DNA of 16,926 nt from Candidatus Hermodarchaeota archaeon (GTDB taxonomy: Archaea > Asgardarchaeota > Lokiarchaeia > Sigyniarchaeales > SOKP01). Position numbers and translations under genes: made by a program. Under the pieces are notes generated by a model. It did no database searches and was not told the origin of the DNA. It worked only from the letters and a program-made list of their open reading frames with translations. The stretch is from the NCBI GenBank assembly GCA_048885535.1, contig JBHLLO010000067.1, forward strand, positions 1 through 16,926. The letters are read 5' to 3'. Shown here piece after piece: positions 1 through 9,576 of this stretch; within the stretch, counting starts at the first letter, position 1, and each line of letters begins with the position of its first letter.

Positions 1-63
1 ATTACAATCAGGAGAATCTATTTCTAAAATTTTTGCTAATTTTCCAAAAAAGGAAGTAGACAT
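1..63 (-). CDS. 5' end of a hypothetical protein running off the left edge (MSTSFFGKLAKILEIDSPDCN...)
   Basis: Manual translation: ATG at 63 followed by 20 more open codons to the window edge, divergent from the MFS gene. Too short to assign a family. Confidence 0.45.
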   Translation of the reverse strand, partial: MSTSFFGKLAKILEIDSPDCN

Positions 64-153
64 TTTTTTATAAAGGAAATTTAAGAAAAAATTCAAGAAC
101 CATTCATTATTTTAATTTTTTATATTTTAATCTATGTTTTTGAAGGAAGTAAA

Positions 154-1437
154 TTGGGATTAAATAATATTAAGAAAAGCATAACAAAGACATTTCTAGA
201 ACTAACCTCTTTTCAAATGTTGGCAATGTTCAGAAGAGGCTTATTTTACACTTATTTATCAATGTATATGAGAAATTTTTTGTTACTTCCTATGACTATA
301 GTTTCACTTTATGCAACTTTCCCCATGTTAATGAGTGTATTCTTCCAAAATGTAGTATGGGGACCTATTAGTGATAAATTTCAGAAACGGAGAACATTGA
401 TAATCTTAGGAGAAATTTTAGCTGGAATCGGAACAATTATCGTTTGGTTTATTCATTCTGGATTCAATAATTTTCTTTTTGCAGGTTGGGTGATTATCAT
501 CGGTTTAACTTGTATCGAAGCCTTTTGGTCAATGTCAAACATTGGTTGGAGTGCTCTTATAAGTGATATTTATCCATCAAAGGATAGAAGCCGAATTATG
601 GGTCAATTAACTAGTTTTGGAGGGCTTGGTAGAATAATTGGAGTACTTATAGGAGGTTATCTTTATGATAATGGTTTCGGTTTCAGAAATGGATCCCTAT
701 TTTTTATAGCTTCATTTGTAATGTTTATATCGACTTTACCTATGTTTTGGGCTCCTGAAGGGGGAATTAATAATTCAATTGTGGATGAACAAAAAGAAGA
801 TATGATAAATGAGAATAAAGCAAACACCAAATTCAAGCGTATATTCGCCGTATTTATAATCTCTTTAGTTTTCATTAATTTCGGCAGAAATTCAATAGCT
901 ACAACATATAGTCCATTCCTTTCTTTATCTTCAGGTTTTGATCTTGATCCTGTTATAATAGGTTATATTGCAAATACACGCTCAATAGCAGTTATAATCA
1001 TTGGATTTTGTGCCGCATTTTTAAGTAGAAAATTAGGACATTCCAAAACATTAATTTTTGGGATCTTTTTAGCAATTGCAGCTTTAATTATCACTGCTTT
1101 AACATCGAGCGTATTTTTAATCTTTGTTGGTAGTTTTTTTATTGGAGCAGGTGAAGTAATAATTTATGCTTCTTCTTATACAATTGCATCGAATTTGATT
1201 CCAGAAAGAATACGAGCTAAACTATTTGGAGTTTATAATGCTACTTTTTTCCTTTCTTGGGGATTACCCTCCACAATTCTATTGGCACCTCTTATAGATA
1301 TACTTACACCTAGTGTAGGACAAAATTTTGCCTATCAAGTTTCATTTATTGTAGCAGCAATAATTACTGGATTAGGACTTTTAATATTTACTCTATTAGA
1401 AATCTGGATAAAAATTAAAAAAATTAAAAAAAAATAA
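154..1437 (+). CDS. Major facilitator superfamily permease
   Basis: 427 aa with about 12 hydrophobic segments. MFS motif A-like sequences WGPISDKFQKRR and LSRKLGHSK, plus SDIYPSKDRSRIMG and NLIPERIRAKLFG loop motifs. TTG start; substrate unknown. Confidence 0.9.
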   Translation: MGLNNIKKSITKTFLELTSFQMLAMFRRGLFYTYLSMYMRNFLLLPMTIVSLYATFPMLMSVFFQNVVWGPISDKFQKRRTLIILGEILAGIGTIIVWFIHSGFNNFLFAGWVIIIGLTCIEAFWSMSNIGWSALISDIYPSKDRSRIMGQLTSFGGLGRIIGVLIGGYLYDNGFGFRNGSLFFIASFVMFISTLPMFWAPEGGINNSIVDEQKEDMINENKANTKFKRIFAVFIISLVFINFGRNSIATTYSPFLSLSSGFDLDPVIIGYIANTRSIAVIIIGFCAAFLSRKLGHSKTLIFGIFLAIAALIITALTSSVFLIFVGSFFIGAGEVIIYASSYTIASNLIPERIRAKLFGVYNATFFLSWGLPSTILLAPLIDILTPSVGQNFAYQVSFIVAAIITGLGLLIFTLLEIWIKIKKIKKK

Positions 1438-1442
1438 AAATT
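1410..1442 (-). terminator. Putative U-rich archaeal terminator for copA, overlapping the Lys-rich 3' end of the convergent MFS gene
   Basis: After the copA TGA the minus strand reads AATTTTTATTTTTTTTTAATTTTTTTAATTTTT. The two convergent stop codons are only 5 bp apart. Confidence 0.45.
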
Positions 1443-4400
1443 TCAATCAACTAGATTCATGGGTTTTCCATGATGTTCAGGAATGGGTTGTGAACCACAG
1501 GAGCTACCCATCCAACATACTAATTGATTGCCTTCTTTATGCATAGGCTTACTACAATGCATTGGGATTTCTTGTTCAAATCCACACTCTTCACATACTA
1601 ATTTTCCCATTTTCTTATTTTCCTCCTTTAATTCTTTAATATTACCTTCAACGTGAGGGTTATTATTATTTTCTTTATTATAGATATATTTTTCTGGATT
1701 TTTTTTAAATTCTGTTAAGCAAGATTGATTACAAAAATAATATTTTTGACCTAAGTATTCATAATCAGTCCAATCTTCAGGTTTTCCTTGCATTCCACAT
1801 ACAGGATCAGTTACTAATTTTTCCTCTGAAATGGTTTTGTGCATCAATTTTGGATCAATATTTTCATAGGTCTTATACTTTTCAGGATCTCGTTTGAATT
1901 CCGCTTCGCAATTTGGATTACAAAAATAAAAACTCTCACCTTTATACTTATACTCAATTGCTTTACTAGGAACGACTTCCATGCCACATATTGGGTCAAT
2001 TGCTTTTTCTTCAAGTAATAACTTTTCTTCTCTCAACTGTTGCTCTGTTTTTGGCTCAAACCTCTTTAAAAACAGTGCATTAGTCACGACTGACACTGAA
2101 CTTGTAGCCATAAAGATTGCTGCAAGAAATGGAGGCAAAAAAAATCCTGTAATATAATATAGTACACCAGCAGCTATTGGAATACCAATTATATTATAAA
2201 TAAACGCCCAAAAAAGATTTGTAATCATCTTTTTATAAGTTTTTTTAGACAATTTAATTGCTGATACAACATTCCTCAAATCTCCCCTCATTAATACGAT
2301 GTCTGCTGTTTCAATCGCAACATCTGTGCCAGAACCAACCGCAATACCAACATTTGCCTGAGCTAAAGCAGGAGCGTCATTGATTCCATCTCCAACCATT
2401 CCTACTATTTTATCCTTTGAAGATTCTTGCAGATTCTTAATAGTCAACGCTTTCTCGTTAGGAAGTACTTCGGCCAAAATGTGCTCCTCATCAATATTTA
2501 ATTCATTACCAATAATTAAAGCAGTTTGCTTGTTGTCTCCTGTAAGCATATATATTTCTAACCCCATTTCTCTTAAAAGATCAAGAGCATAAGGTGCTTG
2601 ATCCTTTATTCTATCAGAGACTCCAATTATTCCCTTTACTTCTTTATCAATACTTATAAGAATAGTTGTTCTTCCTAATTGCTGAAAATGTTCAAATTTC
2701 TCAGAATATTCATTGAATTCAATATTGTTTTCAAATAATAATTTAGCATTTCCAATCATTACTTCTCGATTTTTTATAGTTGCAATGATTCCTTTCCCAG
2801 GAACCGCGTCAAACTCTCCTGGTGATTCTAGCTTTAAACCTCTTTGATTAGCTTCTTCAATAATCGCTAATCCAAGAGGATGTTCAGAGCCCATTTCAGC
2901 ACTGCCAGCATAAAATAGGAGATCCTTTTCATTAAGGCCTTCTCCTTTTAGATTCTCTTCTGTGAATATCCCAGAAACTTTTGGCTTCCCAATTGTTAAG
3001 GTTCCTGTTTTATCAAAAACGATTGTATTAATGTTATTGATGGATTCTAAAGAGTCACCTCCTTTAATCAACAAACCATTCTCAGCACCTTTTCCAGTGC
3101 CAACCATAACTGCAGTTGGAATTGCTAAACCTAATGCACATGGACAAGATATAACAACTATTGAAGTAAATACTAGTAATGACAATTCAAGACCAATTTG
3201 AGCTATAAAATACCAATATAATGATGAGATAATTGCGATTAATACAACTATAGGTACAAAGTAGTTGCTAACTTTATCTGCAAGTTGTTGTTTAGCAGCT
3301 TTTCTACTTTGAGCTTGTTTTACAAATTCAATTATTTGGAATAATAATGTATCTCGTCCAATTTTTTCTGTTTTTATATGGATTAAACCCGTTTGATTTA
3401 CAGTTGCTCCAATAACTTCATCATCTATAACTTTTTTCACATATTTACTCTCTCCGGTTATCATAGATTCGTCAACTTTAGTTTTACCTTTGATAACTTT
3501 ACCATCAACTGGAATTTTCTCTCCAGGTCTTACGATCAAAACGTCTCCAACCTCAATTTCCTCAATCGGAATTTCTATTTCTATTCCATCTTTAAGAAGA
3601 GTGGCAACCTTAGGTTGTAGCCCTATTAATTTTTTAATTGCTTCTGAGGTTTGACCTTTGGTTTTATGTTCAAAATATTTGCCTATAAGTAAAAACGTTA
3701 ATATCATGCTCATAGCTTCATAAAACGGTTTTCCTTCTATGAAAAATGTAGTTAATATTGAATAGACTAAAGCAGTAGTTGTACCTAAAGCTACTAATAC
3801 ATCCATATTTGCTGATTTATTTCTAAGTGATTTATAAGCTCCAATTAAAAAGAAAGAGCCTGCTATTGAAAAATTACCTGATGCTAAAAAAAATAGAACC
3901 AAATTTCTTATAAATGATTCTGGAACAAACCAACTAATTGGAGTAATTATAACCATGAAAATCATTGAAGATATAAGAATTCTCAAGCGATAACGCATTT
4001 CTTTTTTATGCTGTTCTATTTCTTTATCCATTACACCAGCGGATTTTTCTATATTATAGCCCAGTTTCTTTATTTTGGAGTACAGTTCATTTTCTCCGAT
4101 TTCAGCTTCATTGAATTCGATAAAGAGTTTAGATGCCGTAAAGTTTCCTCGTATATCATAAACTCCTTTGATTTCTTTAGCTCGATCGACCATATCGTTA
4201 AAATGACTTTCACTCACTGAGTCCTTAACAATTAAATCTATTTTAGATAACGATGCTTTATAGCCTAGATCCCTAATTGCCTTATTAAAATCATAATAAT
4301 TTGTAGTGTTAGAATCATATTCAACAGTAGCTTCCTCACTTGCAAAGTTAACCACTGAACTATTAACACCTTCTAAATTTTTCAATTTAGTTTCAATTTT

Positions 4401-4463
4401 TAATGCACACGATGCACAAGTCATTCCACTAAGCTTAATTTTTACTTTTTCTTGAGATTCCAA
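1443..4463 (-). CDS. copA: Cu(I)-translocating P1B-type ATPase with two N-terminal HMA folds, two C-terminal YHS/TRASH domains and a Cys/His-rich tail
   Basis: Motifs GMTCASC (HMA), [38 protein letters not shown]...P and MATSS, which are P1B-1 signatures. YHS domains DPICGM..YFCNPNC and DPVCGM..YFCNQSC. GGGTGA lies 6 nt before the TTG start. Confidence 0.95.
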   Translation of the reverse strand: MESQEKVKIKLSGMTCASCALKIETKLKNLEGVNSSVVNFASEEATVEYDSNTTNYYDFNKAIRDLGYKASLSKIDLIVKDSVSESHFNDMVDRAKEIKGVYDIRGNFTASKLFIEFNEAEIGENELYSKIKKLGYNIEKSAGVMDKEIEQHKKEMRYRLRILISSMIFMVIITPISWFVPESFIRNLVLFFLASGNFSIAGSFFLIGAYKSLRNKSANMDVLVALGTTTALVYSILTTFFIEGKPFYEAMSMILTFLLIGKYFEHKTKGQTSEAIKKLIGLQPKVATLLKDGIEIEIPIEEIEVGDVLIVRPGEKIPVDGKVIKGKTKVDESMITGESKYVKKVIDDEVIGATVNQTGLIHIKTEKIGRDTLLFQIIEFVKQAQSRKAAKQQLADKVSNYFVPIVVLIAIISSLYWYFIAQIGLELSLLVFTSIVVISCPCALGLAIPTAVMVGTGKGAENGLLIKGGDSLESINNINTIVFDKTGTLTIGKPKVSGIFTEENLKGEGLNEKDLLFYAGSAEMGSEHPLGLAIIEEANQRGLKLESPGEFDAVPGKGIIATIKNREVMIGNAKLLFENNIEFNEYSEKFEHFQQLGRTTILISIDKEVKGIIGVSDRIKDQAPYALDLLREMGLEIYMLTGDNKQTALIIGNELNIDEEHILAEVLPNEKALTIKNLQESSKDKIVGMVGDGINDAPALAQANVGIAVGSGTDVAIETADIVLMRGDLRNVVSAIKLSKKTYKKMITNLFWAFIYNIIGIPIAAGVLYYITGFFLPPFLAAIFMATSSVSVVTNALFLKRFEPKTEQQLREEKLLLEEKAIDPICGMEVVPSKAIEYKYKGESFYFCNPNCEAEFKRDPEKYKTYENIDPKLMHKTISEEKLVTDPVCGMQGKPEDWTDYEYLGQKYYFCNQSCLTEFKKNPEKYIYNKENNNNPHVEGNIKELKEENKKMGKLVCEECGFEQEIPMHCSKPMHKEGNQLVCWMGSSCGSQPIPEHHGKPMNLVD

Positions 4464-4667
4464 CTAAATTCACCCATTAAGGAATGTCAATAATAAAAGA
4501 ATCGAATAGAACTATTATAAATAATGATTATAAATCTAAAATAAAATTTCTAAATTGCATATAATTTAAGAAATTATTCCTCAAATTGTATTTAAAATAT
4601 TAATCTTGAAATATTGTTTACGAAAATTAGAATATTTTATTTTTTAGAACATTGTTTTAGCAAATTT

Positions 4668-5060
4668 TCAAGATTGTTTATTTTTCTTCAGTTTCCTATA
4701 GTTTTCAATAGCATCATGTAAAGCATCAGCAGCTAGATTACTACAGTGTAATTTTATTGGAGGTAATCCATCTAATGAACTAGCTACATCGTCTCTAGTT
4801 ATCTTAATAGCCTCATCTAGGGTTTTTCCTTTCGCTAATTCTGTGATCATGGAGGAGGTAGCTATTGCAGCAGCACATCCAAAAGTTTGAAAAGATATAT
4901 CCTCTAAGATTTCTTTTCCACCTTCTTCTTTTACTTTAATATAAATATACATCAAATCACCACAGACGGGATTCCCGTGTTTTCCAATTGCATCAGCATC
5001 CTTCATTTCTCCCATATTTCGAGGATTTCTGAAATGATCCAATACTTTTTCTGAATAGAT
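4668..5060 (-). CDS. iscU: Fe-S cluster scaffold IscU/NifU-N (130 aa if started at ATC 5060; the track starts it at TTG 5042)
   Basis: GNPVCGD, FGCAAAIA and LPPIKLHCSNLA carry the three conserved Cys. The in-frame upstream sequence ATC TAT TCA GAA AAA GTA TTG GAT restores the family N-terminus (M)YSEKVLDHF. AAGGTGA at 5073-5067. Confidence 0.93.
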   Translation of the reverse strand: MYSEKVLDHFRNPRNMGEMKDADAIGKHGNPVCGDLMYIYIKVKEEGGKEILEDISFQTFGCAAAIATSSMITELAKGKTLDEAIKITRDDVASSLDGLPPIKLHCSNLAADALHDAIENYRKLKKNKQS

Positions 5061-5114
5061 TCTTAATCACCTTCTTCTAATTATGAATTATCAAATCTAC
5101 CTTTTAATGATTTT

Positions 5115-7490
5115 CTAGGAATTAATTTGTTCATTTAGTATCGAGAGTTTTCTTTTTTTAGGGAGAGATACTCTCTCAACCCCTAGCTCTTTTACATATT
5201 CAGCTACTTCGACTAAATTCTTAGCAGCTTGATGAAAAAAACATACATGTTTTGGTTCAAGATTCTTTATCATTTCTGTTAATTGATTCTTATCAGCATG
5301 CAGTTTTATCTTAAGAGAAGGAACAAAGGTATTGATCAGTAATGATCTAAATGGTACTTTCCATGTTTCTGAGAAAACAATCTCATTACTTCCATTAATT
5401 AAAGCCTCACCAGGTTTTTCATTTACAGATCCCGCCAAAAATACTAAATTATGAGGGTTGCGTCCAATTATATTTATAATGTTCCTAATAATTCCATAAG
5501 AAAGATCGGGAGGATGGGAAATAATAATATTATTTTTATCTCTTAAAAAATCTAAATCTTCAAGATCAAACCATCTAAATTTGATACTATTAAAGGGGTT
5601 TGCTTTTTCACGAATCAAGTTAGAGATAGGTCCGTATATATATTCATATCTATGATTAATGACTTGAATATTTTTTCGAATCATCATATCAACATAAATA
5701 TTCGGGCGTTTCTTGAAATTTCTTCTTAACTGTAATTTTCTAAAATATCTCCAAAAAATTAGCATAAAAGTTATTGCCAAACTAGAAGGATCTGCCCCAA
5801 TTAACACACTGTCCTCATATTCTGCTTTTTGTTCTAAAAACAGAATAAGGCTATGAAACTGATCAGATAAATTTCCAAAGTCTTCTCGAGCACTAGTTCC
5901 ATCAATTAATAAGTAATCAATAGGTCGAGAAATTTGTCCTAAAAATCTTTTTGTGCCTGCAAATGGTGTAATATCATAGTAAGTATAATCGCCAGTATAT
6001 AAAAATCGAAAATCTTTTACTTTCGCTAAAAACATTAAAGCTCCTGGCATATGACCCCCATGATAAAATGAGAGATAGCATTCTTTATTATTAAATTTTA
6101 ATTTTGTACCATTTTCCACATAAATTACATTTCTGATGATATTTCTATAATCCTCTTCTTCAATTTCATCATGAAACTCTTGTTTTAAAAAGTTAGAATC
6201 TCTAAGTAAATATAAATCTAGAGTAATTCTCGAACATAAAATTGGTACATCAGGATAACGTTTAATTAGCTCCTTTAAGCCAGATACATGATCATAATGA
6301 CTATGAGAAAGATAAATAGCATCAATTCTGGATTCATCAAAATTTTCAATGCTATTTTGTTGATCCTTTTCTATTTGTTCATCCACAAGATTTTCGAAAC
6401 TGTTATTGTTTTCAATAGAATCTTTAATGGAATTTTCAGACATAAAAACTTGATTTTCTACTGTTTTTTGGATTTCTCCTTTTATCAAATTTTGATAATT
6501 TTTTAGGTAAAATTCAATATATCTTAGATCTCCTTCAATTTCTTCCTTTTCATTAGGCTCTGTTAATCCACAGTCCAACAAAATATTTAATTTTCCCAGA
6601 CCCAAAATATGACAATTATGATTTGGTTTAAGTACAATTGGATAAATTGTTATTCGTATATTTTCTGAATCATCAGATCCATCTACAAGAGAAATATTAT
6701 TAAAATAAGTCTCATCATATCTTTTTTCGATTCGATCAATAGCTATAGATATTTCACTTTTACCTACTGGAACTCCAGTTATATAAAAGTACCAACCATA
6801 TCTTTTTACAAGTTCTTCAAGGTTTTCATACATTATATCTCCAATAAGAGATTTAAGGACGATAACTCTCTCTTCTTGATAATAAATTATTTTTTTTATA
6901 GATTTTTTCTCTTTAACGGGAATTTTTTCATTGTGAGGAAAAAAGTCATTTAGAACTTCTATTATTGGTAATTGGATTACATTTTCTGATTTTAAGAGTT
7001 TTTTATAAAAAAAATATTCTTTTGTATTATAAAGAGAACGCATATTACACTTTTCTTCGAGAATTATAGAATTATTATCGTAGATGTATGTATCAGTGCT
7101 AATCGTTTTTTCCTCTTTTTTGATTCCTTTTTTTTTTTGTTCTTTTTTCTTCTTTTCTAGCTTTTCAACATAGAAAAACCAACCATACATCTGTACTAAT
7201 TTATCTCGATTATAAATTATATCTTTTCCTGATTTAGTGATGATTATAATGATACGATCAGCGTGAGAGTAAATAATTTTCGTAATAGAATTTTTGGTTT
7301 TCTTAGAAATTAAATTATTTTTTAAGAAGAGGTGTTCAATAACTTCCTTTATTGCTTTTTGAGGAATCTTTTTTTGTTTTAGCAATTTTATTTTTTCTTT
7401 ATATGATTTTATTTTAAAAGAAGAAGGCAGCTTGTCTTTTTCTTGTAGTTTAATAGTTCTATCTAAAAATTTAAATTCCTCACTAGGCAT
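5115..7490 (-). CDS. Metallo-beta-lactamase/beta-CASP family nuclease, divergent aCPSF-like, with a duplicated N-terminal domain
   Basis: Motifs LLDCG (I), SHSHYDH (II, nt 6305-6288), GHMPGA (III), YTGDY (IV), IDGT (A), LHAD (B) and FFHQ (C). About 270-aa Lys-rich N-terminal extension containing two copies of a unit ending YGW(F/Y)FY. Confidence 0.8.
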   Translation of the reverse strand: MPSEEFKFLDRTIKLQEKDKLPSSFKIKSYKEKIKLLKQKKIPQKAIKEVIEHLFLKNNLISKKTKNSITKIIYSHADRIIIIITKSGKDIIYNRDKLVQMYGWFFYVEKLEKKKKEQKKKGIKKEEKTISTDTYIYDNNSIILEEKCNMRSLYNTKEYFFYKKLLKSENVIQLPIIEVLNDFFPHNEKIPVKEKKSIKKIIYYQEERVIVLKSLIGDIMYENLEELVKRYGWYFYITGVPVGKSEISIAIDRIEKRYDETYFNNISLVDGSDDSENIRITIYPIVLKPNHNCHILGLGKLNILLDCGLTEPNEKEEIEGDLRYIEFYLKNYQNLIKGEIQKTVENQVFMSENSIKDSIENNNSFENLVDEQIEKDQQNSIENFDESRIDAIYLSHSHYDHVSGLKELIKRYPDVPILCSRITLDLYLLRDSNFLKQEFHDEIEEEDYRNIIRNVIYVENGTKLKFNNKECYLSFYHGGHMPGALMFLAKVKDFRFLYTGDYTYYDITPFAGTKRFLGQISRPIDYLLIDGTSAREDFGNLSDQFHSLILFLEQKAEYEDSVLIGADPSSLAITFMLIFWRYFRKLQLRRNFKKRPNIYVDMMIRKNIQVINHRYEYIYGPISNLIREKANPFNSIKFRWFDLEDLDFLRDKNNIIISHPPDLSYGIIRNIINIIGRNPHNLVFLAGSVNEKPGEALINGSNEIVFSETWKVPFRSLLINTFVPSLKIKLHADKNQLTEMIKNLEPKHVCFFHQAAKNLVEVAEYVKELGVERVSLPKKRKLSILNEQINS

Positions 7491-7622
7491 TGTTTAATTG
7501 AATTTATCGTTAAAAAAAATAATTTCGATTTAGTGAAACTGAGATTAATCTTTTATTCAAGAAGAGACAAATTTAAAATGAAAAATTTTATCCAATACTA
7601 CATTTACTTTGGAATAATATAA

Positions 7623-7775
7623 TTAAGTTAAATCATCGTAATCATCCCAGTCTTCCTCTTCATCCTCATCTTCCCATTCCTCTTCATCTTCATCCTCATC
7701 CCAGTCTTCCTCTTCATCCTCATCTTCATCCCAATCTTCCTCTTCATCCTTTCCCAAATTTGTTGGATTGTTCAT
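7623..7775 (-). CDS. Unannotated 50-aa acidic Trp-repeat peptide, copy 1: MNNPTNLGKDEEEDWDEDEDEEEDWDEDEDEEEWEDEDEEEDWDDYDDLT
   Basis: Manual translation from ATG 7775 to TAA 7623; 34/50 residues are D/E. SD-like AGAGCTGA 5 nt upstream, TATA box upstream, and a paralogue at 11718-11849. Confidence 0.85.
   Translation of the reverse strand: MNNPTNLGKDEEEDWDEDEDEEEDWDEDEDEEEWEDEDEEEDWDDYDDLT
7642..7750. repeat. Imperfect 27-30 bp coding tandem repeats within acidic peptide 1
   Basis: tcatcccagtcttcctcttcatcctcatcttc occurs identically at 7642-7673 and 7696-7727. A third partial copy at 7727-7750 differs by a synonymous GAC/GAT change. Confidence 0.9.
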
Positions 7776-7818
7776 ATTTGTCAGCTCTAAATTACTTTTA
7801 AAATAATTTATTTATATT

Positions 7819-7865
7819 TTCAAATACCAAAAGAAATAAAAATCATTTATAAATGTTTCCAATTT
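7819..7865 (-). promoter_or_regulatory. Archaeal BRE/TATA promoter of acidic peptide 1 (47-bp duplicated element, copy 1)
   Basis: Minus strand AAATTGGAAACA-TTTATAAA-TGATTTTTATTTCTTTTGGTATTTGAA, with the TATA box at 7853-7846. 45/47 identical to 11907-11953. Confidence 0.75.
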
Positions 7866-8014
7866 AATCGAGAATTAATATAAATATATACGTTTTAGTC
7901 ATTCTCATTCTAAAGGAATAAACATTTGTTGAGTGGGTTCTCAATTTACAATAATATAGTAATTCCTATTGACAATTTCGATTTTAATGAAATCCTGATT
8001 AATAAGCCTTAGAA

Positions 8015-9472
8015 TTATTTAATTATTATACTTCTTACTCTTGCTATTATTCTACTAATTCTCGAGGTTTCAACCTTTTTCGATGTGAATTTATGAATTA
8101 CATAGAGTATAACTAGTATAGAAAAAATACTTAGAAGCATCAGAATTCCTATGAAGACCTGATACATTAATATATAGTACAGAGATACAATTAATAATTG
8201 AAAATTTGTCGTAAAAAACCCTAATTTAAAGAATTTTTTCATACTAATTGGACGTTTATTTTGTTCAGCAATATTAGCAACAAGTATATTATCACCCATT
8301 GGAGTTAAATTATCACCCCAATTTGCACCCAAAGCCAAACTATAAAATGGTTGATTTATATTTCCAATAGAAGGGATTTTTGGCATGTTGTCTATAACAG
8401 GAATTAATACTTTAGTGATAGGGATATTATCGATATTACTGCTTAGATATCCAGAAAACCATATGATAATTAAAATTTGATTTAATGGATCTCCTCCTGT
8501 TAAACTTGAAATCAAGGACCCCAGTAAATCTAATATTCCTGTATATTCTAAAGCTCCAGAGATAATAAAGATTCCGAGAAGATAAAGTAGTAATTCAAAA
8601 TCAATCTTTCTAATTATTTCTTTTGCATTTAATCTGCTAGAAATTATCAATATTAAAGCCACTGTAAGAGCCACAATATCAATTGAAATAAAAGTTGGAG
8701 GGACAATAATGAAAAGAATAAGAGTAATCACTAAAGCGAATGCAGATTTATACAAAAGAATTCTATTTTGTACGAAATTCCAGATATTGATTTCTTTTAA
8801 AATTTCAAATCCAGCTGTGGGTGTTTCCAAATCTTTTTTATAAAGAAAAATAAAAAAGAGCAAAGTTAAAGGAAATGTTAATAGTGAAATTACCCCAACA
8901 TTCAAGAAAAAATCTATAAATGAAATTTTTGCATAACTCGTAATTAGAATATTAGGAATTGAGGAGATGGAAAAAAAAGTTCCTCCAATATTTACTAAGA
9001 TTGCTTGAGTGAGGATATATGGAGAGGGGTTTATATTTAAGATTCGAGAAACTGTAATTATCAGGGGAATTAATATGATAACCGTTAATATATTGTTTAA
9101 AATCGAAGAAAGGATAACTGTTATAACTGAAAAAATAATTAGAATATAAATTGGTCTCTCTCCAGTTAGTTTTATTAAACTTATAGATATAAATTGAAAT
9201 AATCCTGCTTCATGAGCGATTTGAACAATTATCATCATACTTAATATCAGGATAAGAGAATGCAAATTAACAAAATTATCTCCTCCTGGAGGCGGTGAAC
9301 CAAATAAAAATTCTACTATTAGTTGAAAACCTAAATTTTCAATGAAAACTAAAGTGAAAAAAGCGATTAATGCTCCTAATAAAGCGGCTATTGCTCTGTT
9401 CAACTTATTTGTTAAGATTAAAAGAACTACGCCTATAAAGCAACCTAATATAATGATATTAGTTATCCACAT
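8015..9472 (-). CDS. ArsB/NhaD (ion transporter superfamily, SLC13/CitMHS-like) permease
   Basis: 485-aa polytopic membrane protein with paired IT-superfamily motifs SSILNNILTV / SSNIDNIP and NIGGTFFSISSIPN / ANWGDNLTPMG. Confidence 0.85.
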   Translation of the reverse strand: MWITNIIILGCFIGVVLLILTNKLNRAIAALLGALIAFFTLVFIENLGFQLIVEFLFGSPPPGGDNFVNLHSLILILSMMIIVQIAHEAGLFQFISISLIKLTGERPIYILIIFSVITVILSSILNNILTVIILIPLIITVSRILNINPSPYILTQAILVNIGGTFFSISSIPNILITSYAKISFIDFFLNVGVISLLTFPLTLLFFIFLYKKDLETPTAGFEILKEINIWNFVQNRILLYKSAFALVITLILFIIVPPTFISIDIVALTVALILIISSRLNAKEIIRKIDFELLLYLLGIFIISGALEYTGILDLLGSLISSLTGGDPLNQILIIIWFSGYLSSNIDNIPITKVLIPVIDNMPKIPSIGNINQPFYSLALGANWGDNLTPMGDNILVANIAEQNKRPISMKKFFKLGFFTTNFQLLIVSLYYILMYQVFIGILMLLSIFSILVILYVIHKFTSKKVETSRISRIIARVRSIIIK

Positions 9473-9576
9473 TATAAATTTCCGTTTATAATTAATTTAA
9501 TTATCGAATTAAAGAATAATTGAAGATTAATGAATGAAGAATTTAAATATATTTTCATTTAAAATAGAAAAATTAA

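Noticed and set aside
5061-5090. In-frame TGA upstream of iscU as a selenocysteine or readthrough codon
   Set aside because: The TGA is part of the AAGGTGA RBS. Reading through it reaches TAA at 5090-5088 with no ATG/GTG/TTG, and IscU homology does not extend that far.
7623-7775. Naming the peptides as true Sem1/DSS1, WASP or LysW homologues
   Set aside because: Similarity is limited to low-complexity acidic-Trp motifs. The Sem1 C-terminal helix, the WH2/central regions and the LysW zinc-binding domain with terminal EDWGE are all absent. Kept only as analogies.
7929-7944. Small hairpin TTGAG-TGGGTT-CTCAA
   Set aside because: A 5-bp stem is expected by chance, and it has no counterpart upstream of peptide 2.
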